From the IMG/VR virus record IMGVR_UViG_3300009784_000001, positions 118,418-182,417 of that record: a stretch of DNA of 64,000 bases. The stretch is one strand, 5' to 3'. The DNA comes from a virus. Taxonomy: Duplodnaviria; Heunggongvirae; Uroviricota; Caudoviricetes. Below are positions 27,836 through 38,677 of the stretch, piece by piece (within the stretch, counting starts at the first letter, position 1; each line of letters begins with the position of its first letter). Under the pieces are notes generated by a model. It saw only the letters and a program-made list of their open reading frames with translations. It did not search any database and was not told where the DNA came from. The position numbers were made by a program, and so were the translations under genes.

Positions 27836-28376
27836 AAATCCACAAAAAATATCACAAAATACCATAAATAAATTCAAACAATCAATAGAGAGAAGAAAAA
27901 ATAAAGATCTTTATAGAATTAATTTAGAAAATAGAAAATGGTATTATTTCTCTTTATTTATAACTCCTCCCCAAAATTTAAATGGATGGGAAAATTATAA
28001 CTTCAACATTGATGTGATTTCAAAGGAAGAATATGATAGTATTCAATATAAATTTACAGGATTTATAAAATTTAAGGAACATTTAGAAAATAATCAAACA
28101 TTACTTAATTATTTAAATAATAATCCCTATATATGTGGTATAGCTTTTCAAGCTAGAGGTGATAATTCTCTAATAAATATAGAAACTAAAAAAAGTATGT
28201 TTAGAAATGTACTTAATAGATTTGGAAGAAATTATTTAATAAAAAATCCAGATTATATAAATAGAAATCTTCAAAAAAGATACACAAATCATCAATCATT
28301 TGTTGAAAACAAAATATTTGAAAATATTATAAAAGAAGTGTTTAAAAATTTATTTTATTCTAACAAAGAAATATAG
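27828..28376 (+). CDS. Hypothetical protein
   Basis: ATG at 27828 overlapping the upstream gene end is the likely start; in frame with track ORF 27801..28376. Confidence 0.55.
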   Translation: MNENPQKISQNTINKFKQSIERRKNKDLYRINLENRKWYYFSLFITPPQNLNGWENYNFNIDVISKEEYDSIQYKFTGFIKFKEHLENNQTLLNYLNNNPYICGIAFQARGDNSLINIETKKSMFRNVLNRFGRNYLIKNPDYINRNLQKRYTNHQSFVENKIFENIIKEVFKNLFYSNKEI

Positions 28377-28461
28377 TTAATTAATATTAATTTTTTTTCA
28401 GTAAAGCACTTGATTTTTTCAAAAAAAGTTCTATATTATATTTAGCTAATTTATATTAATT

Positions 28462-28884
28462 ATGATAAAAAGACCTTGCAAGGAAGTTAAAATAAAAACA
28501 AATCCTAATTTTGATATAAAATATGGGACATTTAATAAAGATAATCCCAAATCAATCTATATTTTGGGTAAATCATGGATAACACCAATCAATGAAAATT
28601 TCCTGGAAAGTATAGAAAATATTACCAGACAATCAAAATCATTTGTCCGAAATAATAGCAATTTTTCGGACAAAAGTATAGTCAATATTAATATTGCAAA
28701 AGATAGAATGTTATTAAATAAAAAAACATTACTTTCATTTGAAATTCATTTACTTCAAAATGAAACAAAAAATTTAAGTGATATAATCCTCATTAATGAT
28801 ATTAATAATGTGATAAAAAACTTCACAAATAAAATTGAAGAAAATTGTGAAGGATATTTAGAATTATTAAAGAAAAAAAAATAA
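28462..28884 (+). CDS. Hypothetical protein
   Basis: 140-aa ORF with KYGTFNKDNPKSIYI motif. Confidence 0.6.
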   Translation: MIKRPCKEVKIKTNPNFDIKYGTFNKDNPKSIYILGKSWITPINENFLESIENITRQSKSFVRNNSNFSDKSIVNINIAKDRMLLNKKTLLSFEIHLLQNETKNLSDIILINDINNVIKNFTNKIEENCEGYLELLKKKK

Positions 28885-28913
28885 AACATATATTTATATA
28901 TAAAAATATTAAT

Positions 28914-31447
28914 ATGGCACAAATTAACGTACCAACAAATTTAAAAGTAACTGGTCCCTCTACAATACAAGCAAATATTAATACAACGAGCCTTCTCAAA
29001 GGTGAAATGGTTTTCGGAAAAATAGGGGGGGGGGGGGTAATGTAAGATTATTCGTTAACTGGGATGGAACAGCAGTTAGTGAGCTACCTTTAGCCTATAG
29101 TTCAGATCCAAATGCTTTTGTTCCATGGGGTCCTGGCTCAACACCAGCAGGAAGTGGTTATGGCATTGGTTCAGGAGCTTGTGTACAAACTTCAAATTCA
29201 ACTGCTATTGGTTATGGAGCATCTACTACAGGTAGTAATTCAATTGCCATTGGTAATCAAGTTCAAGTTCAAAGTAATGGCATTGCTATTGGTATTAATT
29301 CATTATCTAATGAAGGTATTTCTATTGGTACTTCTAGTAATTCTAATGGAACAACATCTGGTATAGCTATTGCAATAGGACGAAGGGCAATATCAACTAA
29401 TAGTTCCTCAATAGCAATTGGAGAAAATGCACAAACAAATAGTACTGGGTCAATAGTAATTGGAGAAAATGCAACTTCAAATAATCTTGAAACAATAGCA
29501 ATAGGATTTCATCCAAATGCTAGTGGTGTAACATCAATAGCAATGGGATATTATACAACTTCAAATGGTCCTTATTCAACAGCAATAGGTTTTCAAGCAA
29601 ATGCACTTGCTTTGAATTCAATAACAATAGGAAATCAAGCAAATGTAGCAACTGTTATTTCAAATGGTTCGATAGCAATAGGTGCAAGTGCAAAATGTCT
29701 AGATTCAGATGCAGTGGCTATTGGTCAAACAAGTTCTGCTAATAGAGTAAGTGTAGCAATAGGAAGTAATGCTAAAGCAAATTGGCGTTCAGTAAGTATT
29801 GGATATAATGCTCAAACTGGTAATGATAGTGTTGTAATAGGAGATGAAATAGGAGATGGATTTGGCGGCCCTGCTGCTTCAAATAATATCATAGGAATAG
29901 GGCGAGCTGCCATACAAGGTGAAAATTCAATTGTTATATCTCCAACTTCTGCTTCTTCAAATTTTCCAAATTCAATAGCAATAGGTCATTATCTCACATC
30001 AAATGCAAATTTTGGATTAACATTAGGTTATGGTTGTCAAGTATTAGGAGATAATTCAATAGCAATAGGCGTAAATCCAGTAGTAAATGTTAACACATCT
30101 AATTCTATTGCAATTGGACATTGTGCGTCTGTTAGTGCTAACAATATAGCAGGTGTAGTTGGTGGTGAAATAGCAATAGGCGCTGGAGCTAATGCCATAT
30201 TAAATTCTTGTATAGCAATAGGAAATGGGGCAACAGCACAATTACAATATAGTACAATGATGCCTGCAATAGCAATAGGAAGTAATTCAAGTGCAACAAA
30301 TTCAGGAGGAATAGCTATTGGAAGTAATGCAACGACTTCTTATGGAATAGCTATTGGAAGTAATGCAACGACTTCTCTATCTCATGGTATAGCAATAGGA
30401 CATAATGTATTATTATATGGCGTAGCAAGTGATGATACATCAATAATAATGGGGTATACTTCATCTATAAATAATTCTATTGGAGCTAAAATAATAGGAT
30501 CATATTCAAGTGCTATAAATTCAACTTCATCAATTATTATAGGAGAACATACAAATTTAGCATCTAATGTCCAAAGTGGAATATTTTTAGGAGATTTAAT
30601 AGTAACCAATGTCAATACTATTGGTTCAATTGGAATAGGTGATAGTTGTATTACAGGAGCAACTGGCTCAATAGCGATTGGAATTCAAGCAAATTCTAAT
30701 GGGATAAATTCATTAGCAATAGGTTCTCAAGCAAATGCAATTGGAAGTAATGTTATTACAATAGGAAGTAATGCAACTTCAAATGCAGCAGGTGGAAATA
30801 CGATCTCAGTAGGCACAAATTCTTTGGGTTCTAGTGTATATGCAGTTGCTTTAGGATGTAATTCTGTTGCCAGTTCAGGTTGTGGAGCAACAGCAATAGG
30901 TGCTTATGCTTATGCAAATGGAGCGTCAATAGCAATTGGACATAGAGCAACTGCAAGTAATGGAATAGGTATTGGTTCTATAGTAATTGGACAAAGTACA
31001 ACTTCAACCACTGCTAATAGTATACAATTAGGAAGTTCAGCTTACACAAGTATATATTGGGGATCAGGCACATCAGCTTCTTTTAATACAACTTCAGATG
31101 AACGTATTAAAGAAAATATAGTTGAGGCAAATACAACAATATGCTTATCAGATGTTAATAGATTGAAAGTTAAACGTTTTAATTACAAAGATTTTGTTGG
31201 TAGCAATACAGATAAGACAGTAACTGGATTTATAGCACAGGATTTTAGAGAAGTATTCCCAAAGCAAGTAAATGAAATAAACAAAGTTTACAGTCAAGAA
31301 GGCAAAGAGGATATAGTATTTGAAGATTTGTTAAGCATTGATACATCGCAGGTTATTTATACATTGGTAGGAGCTATTCAGGAACTGACAAAACAAAATC
31401 AAGATTTAACAAAAAGGATAGAGATATTAGAAAATAAAATTCTTTAA
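28914..31447 (+). CDS. Tail fibre/adhesin with YadA-head-like (A-I-G) repeats and C-terminal S74-type intramolecular chaperone; frameshifted at a G13 tract in this sequence
   Basis: ATG 28914 (late motif at 28891) reads MAQINVPT...GKIGGGGVM* with G13; the frame starting GGT at 29036 has no stop through 29543 to 31447; C-terminal TTSDERIKENI...LKVKRFNYK...GFIAQ. Confidence 0.85.
29025..29037 (+). repeat. G13 homopolymer (candidate contingency locus)
   Basis: aata-GGGGGGGGGGGGG-taatg; the only long G run I found in this AT-rich window. Confidence 0.95.
30308..30376 (+). repeat. Exact 33-bp direct repeat with 36-bp period inside the fibre gene
   Basis: ggaatagctattggaagtaatgcaacgacttct at 30308-30340 and 30344-30376. 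Confidence 0.9.
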
Positions 31448-31476
31448 AAAAGGTTGGTATATTTATTAAAGATGAG

Positions 31477-31512
31477 AAAAAGGTAGAATTGTTTATTCAG
31501 TTCTACCTTTTT
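31477..31512 (+). terminator. Intrinsic terminator after the fibre gene
   Basis: aaaaaggtagaa...ttctaccttttt. Confidence 0.75.
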
Positions 31513-31561
31513 CAATTTTTTTATTAGTTATCATATATTTATATAAAAATTAAGTTTTTTT

Positions 31562-32281
31562 ATGATACTTAAAGAGATAAAAAAAAATCAATTAGGTACT
31601 GGTTTACTTATCGAAAATGATGGTTTTATTAGTATTAATGATCCTAACAACAAAATATTAAAAGAAGAATTAGATAAAGGAACTAATGATGGTAATTGGT
31701 ATATTCCTTATCCTTTTATTGTTCATGCTTTATTTCAAAGAGCTAATAAAGAAAATGCAAATGGTAGAATATATCCAAGAGATGTTCTTGAAAGGCAAAT
31801 TGAATTATATCAACAAAAAATACAGGAAAGAAGAGCATATGCGGAATCGAACCATCCTTCCGATATTGTATTAGACATCAATAACTTATCTACAAATGTT
31901 ATAGAATTACATTGGGAAGGAGATAATGTTCTTGGGCAAATGGAAATATTATTATCGCCTGGATATGTAAAACATGGGATAGTATCTACCAGTGGGGATA
32001 GATTAGCAAATCTTCTATATTTCAATAAAGTTAAATTAGGAGTTAGTTCAAGAGGAGTTGGTTCAGTTGAACAAAAATTTGGAAAAATATTAGTTCAAGA
32101 TGATTTTGAATTAATATGTTTTGATGCAGTTACTGATCCTTCTACTCATAATGCTTGGTTTGACTTGAAAAAAGAGGGGTTGTCGCCTTATTTAGAATCT
32201 AAAGAAAAAATAAATAAAAATAAAATTTATATAATAGAAAAATTAGATAAAATTATAAACAAAAATAAATTAATATTATGA
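31562..32281 (+). CDS. gp21: Prohead core protease, T4 gp21-like
   Basis: FQRANKENANGRIYP, YAESNHP (His), LGVSSRGVGS (Ser), FDAVTDPST. Confidence 0.93.
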   Translation: MILKEIKKNQLGTGLLIENDGFISINDPNNKILKEELDKGTNDGNWYIPYPFIVHALFQRANKENANGRIYPRDVLERQIELYQQKIQERRAYAESNHPSDIVLDINNLSTNVIELHWEGDNVLGQMEILLSPGYVKHGIVSTSGDRLANLLYFNKVKLGVSSRGVGSVEQKFGKILVQDDFELICFDAVTDPSTHNAWFDLKKEGLSPYLESKEKINKNKIYIIEKLDKIINKNKLIL

Positions 32282-32646
32282 AAATAACTGAACAACAACT
32301 TAAAAATTTAATTAAAGAAATAGTTAAAGAAAGTTTATTAGGATTTGGCTTATCAAATATAGGCAAAAAAGTTAAAAACGAATTAGAAAAAAATGGCTTT
32401 GAGGACTTTGAAATAAAAGAATCACCATCATCAAGTGATATTAAAATATTAACTGCGAATGGTGATTTTGATAATATTGGTAAAGTTTTAGTGAAATTAG
32501 CAAGAAGAGATTCTAATGGGAATCAACCATTAATAAGTGATATATTTAGATTACCAAATAATACAGGATATAAATTTAGAAAAAATATTGGACCAATACT
32601 TGGAACTAATGGGGTAAGTACATATCCTGGTTTTATGAAATTATGA
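32278..32646 (+). CDS. Small protein with MKITEQQLKNLIKE leader, putative internal head protein
   Basis: 122 aa, ATGA-coupled to gp21. Confidence 0.6.
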   Translation: MKITEQQLKNLIKEIVKESLLGFGLSNIGKKVKNELEKNGFEDFEIKESPSSSDIKILTANGDFDNIGKVLVKLARRDSNGNQPLISDIFRLPNNTGYKFRKNIGPILGTNGVSTYPGFMKL

Positions 32647-32779
32647 AATAAAAATTGCATAATAGAAAAATTAGATAATATTAATAATTGCCAATAAATA
32701 AAAAACACTTTATAAATATAAAAAATAAAGTAAGATACTATTTATAATTAAAAATAATCATTTCAAATTATTACTTAAA

Positions 32780-34177
32780 ATGAGTAAAGAAAAAGATAAC
32801 ATAGTTAGTAAACCATTAATTGCTGCACAAGAAATACAAGAGATGGTTAAAAAAAATACAGAAGATATGATGAAAAATATTATATCTGAAGCTGTTAAAA
32901 ACGAAATGAAAAAAATTATAACAGAAGACGAAGATTCTAAATACGAAGAAGAAGATGTGGAAGATGTAAATTCTGAAACTGCTCCTGCTGAAGATACAAC
33001 AGAAACCATAGATACTACAGAAGATGGTAATACAGTAGAAACTGACATTGATGTAGAAGCGGAAGATGGTGATTGGGCTGATGCAGATCAATTTAAGGTT
33101 GATGATGATACATATGATTTATCAGATGCGAATGATGAGGACATTATTAAAGTGTACAAATTAATGAAAAATGATGATTCAATTCTCGTAAAACAAACAG
33201 ATGACAGTGTTGAAATAACGGATAATGAAAGTGGTAATACCTATCTTGTCAAAGATGCAGATATGGAACCTGTTGATGATGGTGAAGCTGTATTTGAAAT
33301 AGATATGAGTAAAATAGGAAATATATTAAAAGAAGAAGATAATCTTGGCTATACAACTAAATATCAAGGAAGAACAGCTATGACAACTCCTCCTGTATCT
33401 CCAGAGCCATCTCCAACTGATGTAAATGACTGGAATGCTGGTATTCCAAGAACAGGTGATAATGTTCAAAGATTTGGAAAACCTGGTGAAGGAAGACCTT
33501 TTAATAATGCAGTAACAGAAGATGATGTAATGGGTGGAGAAGATATGATTACAGAGGATGAATTAGATGAAGCTGGTTTAACAAGAACAAAAGCTAATTT
33601 AAGACAAAGAGCAGGAGAGAAAGCTGAGCCTCAAATAGATAATACTGCTGAAAAAAGAGTTGCAGGTACAAGACAAGGAACAAAATTAGTTCCTCCTCAT
33701 ACTAGTACAACTGTAAATACCAATCAAACAAATACCACAACTGTTAGTGAACAAAAATTGAAACAATTGGAAAATGAAATTAAAGTTATAAAAGAAAAAA
33801 ATAAAGTATTGAAAGAAGCTGTTAAACAATTTCAACAATATGCTAATGATTATTACAAAACTGCACAAATAGCAGGAATTACCAATTATAAAATGGGTAA
33901 AATTGTAAAATTATTTACTGAACATTCTACTACTTTAAATGAGAAAAAAACAATTGTTGAAAGGTTTGACAAAGAAGTAAAAACAACCGATCAAATTAAC
34001 AATTTATATGAAACTATAAAAAGTGAATTGGATAACAAAAAAACAATCAATGAAGAAATAAACAAAACTAATAATTTATCAAGTACACAAAATAAAATTA
34101 ACGAAAGTTCAATTTATGTAAATGACGAAGTTAGACAAAGTTTAGATTTCATGAATCGTCTTAATAAAATTAATTAA
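32780..34177 (+). CDS. Prohead scaffold/core protein (gp22-like by position)
   Basis: Acidic N-terminal half, coiled-coil C-terminal half, between protease and capsid genes, many x-T/K/N-E sites. Confidence 0.7.
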   Translation: MSKEKDNIVSKPLIAAQEIQEMVKKNTEDMMKNIISEAVKNEMKKIITEDEDSKYEEEDVEDVNSETAPAEDTTETIDTTEDGNTVETDIDVEAEDGDWADADQFKVDDDTYDLSDANDEDIIKVYKLMKNDDSILVKQTDDSVEITDNESGNTYLVKDADMEPVDDGEAVFEIDMSKIGNILKEEDNLGYTTKYQGRTAMTTPPVSPEPSPTDVNDWNAGIPRTGDNVQRFGKPGEGRPFNNAVTEDDVMGGEDMITEDELDEAGLTRTKANLRQRAGEKAEPQIDNTAEKRVAGTRQGTKLVPPHTSTTVNTNQTNTTTVSEQKLKQLENEIKVIKEKNKVLKEAVKQFQQYANDYYKTAQIAGITNYKMGKIVKLFTEHSTTLNEKKTIVERFDKEVKTTDQINNLYETIKSELDNKKTINEEINKTNNLSSTQNKINESSIYVNDEVRQSLDFMNRLNKIN

Positions 34178-34231
34178 TTTTTAAAAGACTGATATATTTA
34201 TAAATAAATAATAAACAAAAAACTTAATATA

Positions 34232-36166
34232 ATGAGAGAATTTTTAGGATCTGCTCAAGTAGGAAATATAGAATTGAACGAGCAGAAAAAAGTTAAAAAA
34301 ATGATTCTGGAACGTTGGGATGGATTAGGTTTCACCGAAGGTTTACATGGACATTTGAAAGAAACTATCGCAACATTATACGAAAATCAAGCTAAATATT
34401 TGATGATGAATGAAGCAACAGACTCCGCTAATAGTGGTTCTTTTGAAACTGTTGTATTTCCAATCATCCGTAGGGTATTCAGTAGATTGTTAGCAAACGA
34501 TATTGTTTCTGTACAAGCTATGAATTTACCTATTGGTAAATTGTTCTTTATAATTCCTGTAACATCAGAAAGACAATGGAATGGTTTGGACGCACAAGGT
34601 AACACACAAGATGGTTCATCTGGTGGTCATGTTGGTTTAATGGGTTATGAAAGAGCCGATAGAAATTGGGAAAATACTGGAAAAGGTTCACAAGGTGTCT
34701 ATAACAATAGATATTATTTACCTGATGAAGTTATTACTTCAAATGTAACTGAAAGACCTGTTCCTACTTTTGATACTGTTGATCCTGTAACTGGAATGCC
34801 TACTTCTACATCTGTTAGAAATATTCCAGTAGTATCACAATATTTCAAAACTTCTTTATATGATTTATTCTATAATGATTTTCTGTTTGATAATTCAAAA
34901 GGAAAAATCTGGATTAAAGTTGCTGCAACTGCTACTCCTGTTATCTTAAATGATAGAAGAGAATGGGTAAATGTAAGTGGTGCTACTTATCCTGCAAGTA
35001 GAATGGATAATACTACAAGAAACGTGATTCTTGAAGTAACTGGCTTTAATAATTTCAATGCTGGTAGATTAACTGGTCCTGACGGAAACGAAATGGATAC
35101 AGAAGCATTTATTGCTTCTTTAAAAGTATTAACTGTAAATCCTATCGAAGATTCTGCTGACAAAGGTTTTACAACTTTTGCTCAATATGAATCAATTCCT
35201 TTCAGAATTATGACACAAAAATATGGTAAAGGAATCGTTGAATATAACGATATTTGTGATGCAAACGGTAAATTATATATCGAATTAGATATGACTAAAC
35301 CAACTGTTGATCAAGGTTTAACTATTGATGGATACATTGGTGTAGATAATACTATCAACTTTGACGTAGATTCTTTTGTAGTATCTTGGGCACAATATGA
35401 TAGCTTAGAATTGGAAACTGAAATTGGTGAAGTTTCTTTCAAATTAGATTCAGTTGTTGTTTCTGTTGAAGAAAGAAAATTAAGAGCTACTTGGTCTCCT
35501 GAATTAGCACAAGACGTTGCTGCTTTCCATAATATTGATGCTGAAGCTGAATTAACAGCTATCTTATCAGAACAAATCGCTGCTGAAATTGACAGGGAAA
35601 TCTTAAGAGATTTAAGAAAAGTTGCTCCTTGGCAAGCACGTTGGGATGTTAATGGTTGGAGAAGAATGGCTGCTTTCTCTACTAACTATACACAAAAAGA
35701 CTGGAATCAAGAATTTATTACTAAAATAAATCAGATTTCTGCTCAAATCCACAAATCTACTTTAAGAGGTGGTGCAAACTTTGTTGTAGTTTCTTCTGAA
35801 ATTAGTGCTTTATTAGATAACTTGGAATATTTCCACGTAACGGATGCTTCTGCTGAAAGTGATCAATACAACATGGGTATTGAAAAAATTGGTACTTTGC
35901 AAGGTAGATACCAAGTATATAGAGATCCTTATTCTCCTCACTGGTCAGCTATTATCGGTCATAAAGGAAAATCATTGTTAGATACTGGTTATATTTATGC
36001 ACCTTATGTGCCTCTGCAATTGACACCAACAATGTATAATCCGTTCAATTTCGCCCCAGTGAAAGGTATTATGACAAGATATGCCAAAAAAGTTTGCAAC
36101 AATAGGTATTATGGTCACGTTCGGGTGGACGGGCTTGTAACTTGGAACACAAATGAGTTTAGATAA
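34232..36166 (+). CDS. gp23: Major capsid protein, T4 gp23-like
   Basis: LLANDIVSVQAM, RKLRATWSPELAQDVAAFHNIDAEAELTAILSEQIAAEIDREI, GYIYAPYVPL, MTRYA. Confidence 0.97.
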   Translation: MREFLGSAQVGNIELNEQKKVKKMILERWDGLGFTEGLHGHLKETIATLYENQAKYLMMNEATDSANSGSFETVVFPIIRRVFSRLLANDIVSVQAMNLPIGKLFFIIPVTSERQWNGLDAQGNTQDGSSGGHVGLMGYERADRNWENTGKGSQGVYNNRYYLPDEVITSNVTERPVPTFDTVDPVTGMPTSTSVRNIPVVSQYFKTSLYDLFYNDFLFDNSKGKIWIKVAATATPVILNDRREWVNVSGATYPASRMDNTTRNVILEVTGFNNFNAGRLTGPDGNEMDTEAFIASLKVLTVNPIEDSADKGFTTFAQYESIPFRIMTQKYGKGIVEYNDICDANGKLYIELDMTKPTVDQGLTIDGYIGVDNTINFDVDSFVVSWAQYDSLELETEIGEVSFKLDSVVVSVEERKLRATWSPELAQDVAAFHNIDAEAELTAILSEQIAAEIDREILRDLRKVAPWQARWDVNGWRRMAAFSTNYTQKDWNQEFITKINQISAQIHKSTLRGGANFVVVSSEISALLDNLEYFHVTDASAESDQYNMGIEKIGTLQGRYQVYRDPYSPHWSAIIGHKGKSLLDTGYIYAPYVPLQLTPTMYNPFNFAPVKGIMTRYAKKVCNNRYYGHVRVDGLVTWNTNEFR

Positions 36167-36190
36167 TCTCAATAAATATCATTTAATGAC

Positions 36191-36226
36191 AAAAAAAGCT
36201 CTACTTAAAAAAGTAGGGCTTTTTTT
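36191..36226 (+). terminator. Intrinsic terminator after the capsid gene
   Basis: aaaaaaagctctact-taaaaa-agtagggcttttttt. Confidence 0.85.
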
Positions 36227-36320
36227 ATTTATTAACATTTATCTTTTGGGTAATTAAAATATTTTTTATATCTTTATAAAAAAATGTAAATAATAGATAT
36301 TTATAATAAAATACAGTTTT

Positions 36321-37331
36321 ATGGAAGGTAAAAGATTTACACAAGAAGAAGCTATTGGAAGATTTAAAGAAATCTTTCCAAATTACGATTATTCAAAAGT
36401 TGAATATAAAAATATAAAAAATCCTGTTTTCATTATTTGTAATGAAATTGGTCATAGCAAATTTAAACAAGTACCTGAATTATTATTAAAAGGAAGAGGG
36501 TGCCCTAAATGTGCTGGTAGAGAAAATATTAAATCTTATGGTTATTGGAATAATTTAGATAATTGCATTGAAGAAGCAAAAAAATATCGAAATAAATTTG
36601 AATTTAATAAAAAATCTTATGGCGCATATATGGCTGTTCAAAGAAATGGTTGGATGGAGAAAATAGATATATTATTTGATAAAACTATTTTATACAAAAA
36701 TTACAATGAAAAAATTCATTCCATTTACATTTATAAATTTGAAAAAGAAAAAACTTGTTATATCGGAAGAACAAATTCTTTGAAAAGGAGACATAGACAA
36801 CATAAAAATGGGACAAAGCATAAAAGTGGTATGATGACTTATGATGTTGTTTATTTATTTTGTGAAAATAATAAAATACAATTCCCTGAACCAATTATTC
36901 TTGAAGAAAAATTGGATGCAAAAGAAAGCCAGATACAAGAAAAGTATTGGGTAGATTACTTTAAAGAAAAAGGGTGGAATTTATTAAATAAAGCAAATAC
37001 AGGTGAAAATATAGGCTCATTAGGAGCAACTATAAAATGGGATTATGAAGCCTGTAAAGAAGAAAGTAAAAAATATAATTCAAAGCATGAAATGAAATTA
37101 AATAATCAAAGTGCTTATAATTCAAGTTTAAGAAATGGATGGATAGATAAATTTTTTATTCAAGTTAAAAAGCCACAAGGTTATTGGCAAGATATAAATA
37201 ATTGCAAAGAGGAAGCAAAGAAATATAAAAATATTAAACAATTTGCAGTGAATTGTGGAGGTGCATATAATATATGTAGAAAGAATGATTGGGTTAAACT
37301 TCTTGAATTTAAAAATACAGAAAAAGGATAG
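36321..37331 (+). mobile_element. GIY-YIG homing endonuclease-like gene
   Basis: SIYIYKF...CYIGRT...RRHRQH...QEKYW...LLNK; Zn-ribbon N-terminus; repeated GYW...C.EEAKKY modules. Confidence 0.8.
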
Positions 37332-37376
37332 TTAATAAAAACTATCCTTTATTTTTATAAGTATTTAATTATAAGG

Positions 37377-37868
37377 TCAATACGCAAGTATAGCATAATC
37401 AAAACGCAAAATTATTGCAATAGTTGCTAAATCAGAAGAAGCATAATCTAATTCTCCAAAACTTGTATCCCCAGAAAGGAAAGTATTAACTAAAATCCAT
37501 TTGGATACAACTACGCCAGTGGGATCAAGCATTTCTAATTCAACATTACGTTTATATCCAGCAGCATATCCTTGTCTTCCTGTTACTGATTCTGATTGTA
37601 AACGTACCCATTCCATAATAGCTTGTGAAGCTGAAGGCCCGATTGGATCTCTCATTGTTACATTTATAGTATTCCATGTATATCTACCAACAACCCATGT
37701 AGAAGTATTTAAGAATTGAATTTCAGTTTCATTTTGGTTAATTGTTGGTCTTGAGGCAGAAGCTACCCACCATTCTTGTATTCCCAAATCAGAAGGAAAT
37801 CTTAATAAGAATCTATTTTTTCTTAGGGGTTCGTATACAAGAGGCATTTTTATTAGTAAATCGCTCAT
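37377..37868 (-). CDS. gp19: Tail tube protein, T4 gp19-like
   Basis: RKNRFLLRF, RPTI, GRYTWNTINVT.RDP, EWVR, YKRNVELEMLDPTG.VVSKW.L. Confidence 0.85.
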   Translation of the reverse strand: MSDLLIKMPLVYEPLRKNRFLLRFPSDLGIQEWWVASASRPTINQNETEIQFLNTSTWVVGRYTWNTINVTMRDPIGPSASQAIMEWVRLQSESVTGRQGYAAGYKRNVELEMLDPTGVVVSKWILVNTFLSGDTSFGELDYASSDLATIAIILRFDYAILAY

Positions 37869-38012
37869 ATTTTTTTATATTTTAATTTTTTATTATTTAT
37901 TTATAAATATCTATTTTATTATTTTTCAGTTACAAAATTAAAAGGATCATATTTTTCTCCATAAAACATATTATATATTTTATCTAATTTCTCTGGATCA
38001 TATCCCCTTCAT

Positions 38013-38585
38013 TCAGCTTTTTTTACTTTCTTGAATACTATTATCAACATCAACAGTTTCTTCTTTTTGTTTTAATAATTTATCACATTTATCCAAAACA
38101 GTTTTGAAAAATTCATATTCAGGTGAGTTTGCATTATTAGATAATTCTTTAATAGCATCTATTGATAATAATCTCATTTTATCCATTAAATCTTTGAATT
38201 TAGGTTGAGGCATTCTTGATATTTCTCTATCAATTATTTTATCTCCTGTCTCATGTTGTGGAATAAGGCTATCTTCTTGAAAATTCAAATATTCTTTTAA
38301 TGATTGTTTATTTTCTTCCAATTTTTTAATTTGTTCATCAGAATAGCCATTTTTTTTCAAACATGCTCTTGCTTCTGATTTAGACATCCCACCCATTATA
38401 TTTGCACCAACATCGTTCATTTTAAGAGTTTTTTTAGCAATACTAATTTGATGTTGAGTTGGAACATCTTTACTTTCATTTATATATTTTTTCAAAACAT
38501 CTTTGTTAGATATATTTTCTTTAATAAACAAAAGTTGTTTTTTGTATTCATTTAGTCTATTTTTGATAACTTTTTTATTTGTCAT
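38013..38585 (-). CDS. Hypothetical protein, putative internal head protein
   Basis: Start MTNKK at 38585 preferred because the late motif lies at 38607-38613; several L/I-x-E sites. Confidence 0.55.
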   Translation of the reverse strand: MTNKKVIKNRLNEYKKQLLFIKENISNKDVLKKYINESKDVPTQHQISIAKKTLKMNDVGANIMGGMSKSEARACLKKNGYSDEQIKKLEENKQSLKEYLNFQEDSLIPQHETGDKIIDREISRMPQPKFKDLMDKMRLLSIDAIKELSNNANSPEYEFFKTVLDKCDKLLKQKEETVDVDNSIQESKKS

Positions 38586-38677
38586 AAAATTTAATTTTAT
38601 ATATTTATAAATATTCAATTTATCAAAATAAATAGCGTTTTATTAGATATTTATATAGTATAAAAATAGTTTTTAAT

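Noticed and set aside
21-28440. Sigma70-like TTGAAA/TTGATT...TATATT boxes before clpC (21-47) and the 28462 gene (28410-28437)
   Set aside because: Spacers of 15-16 nt are inconsistent and such hexamers are expected by chance in this AT-rich DNA
29112-29366. Track ORF of 84 aa (MLLFHGVLAQ...)
   Set aside because: Off-frame shadow of the fibre's true reading frame, which is open across this interval
29041-31050. Diversity-generating retroelement acting on the fibre
   Set aside because: No reverse transcriptase and no template/variable repeat pair differing at adenines in this window
29543-31447. Treating the 634-aa track ORF as the complete fibre gene
   Set aside because: It starts mid-repeat, the same frame is open 169 codons further upstream to the G tract, and the promoter-like motif lies before 28914
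37925-38024. Possible frameshifted C-terminal extension of 38013..38585 (KKLNEG...YDPEKLDKIYNMFYGEKYDPF) after an A7 run
   Set aside because: Needs two separate frame changes and there is no other support
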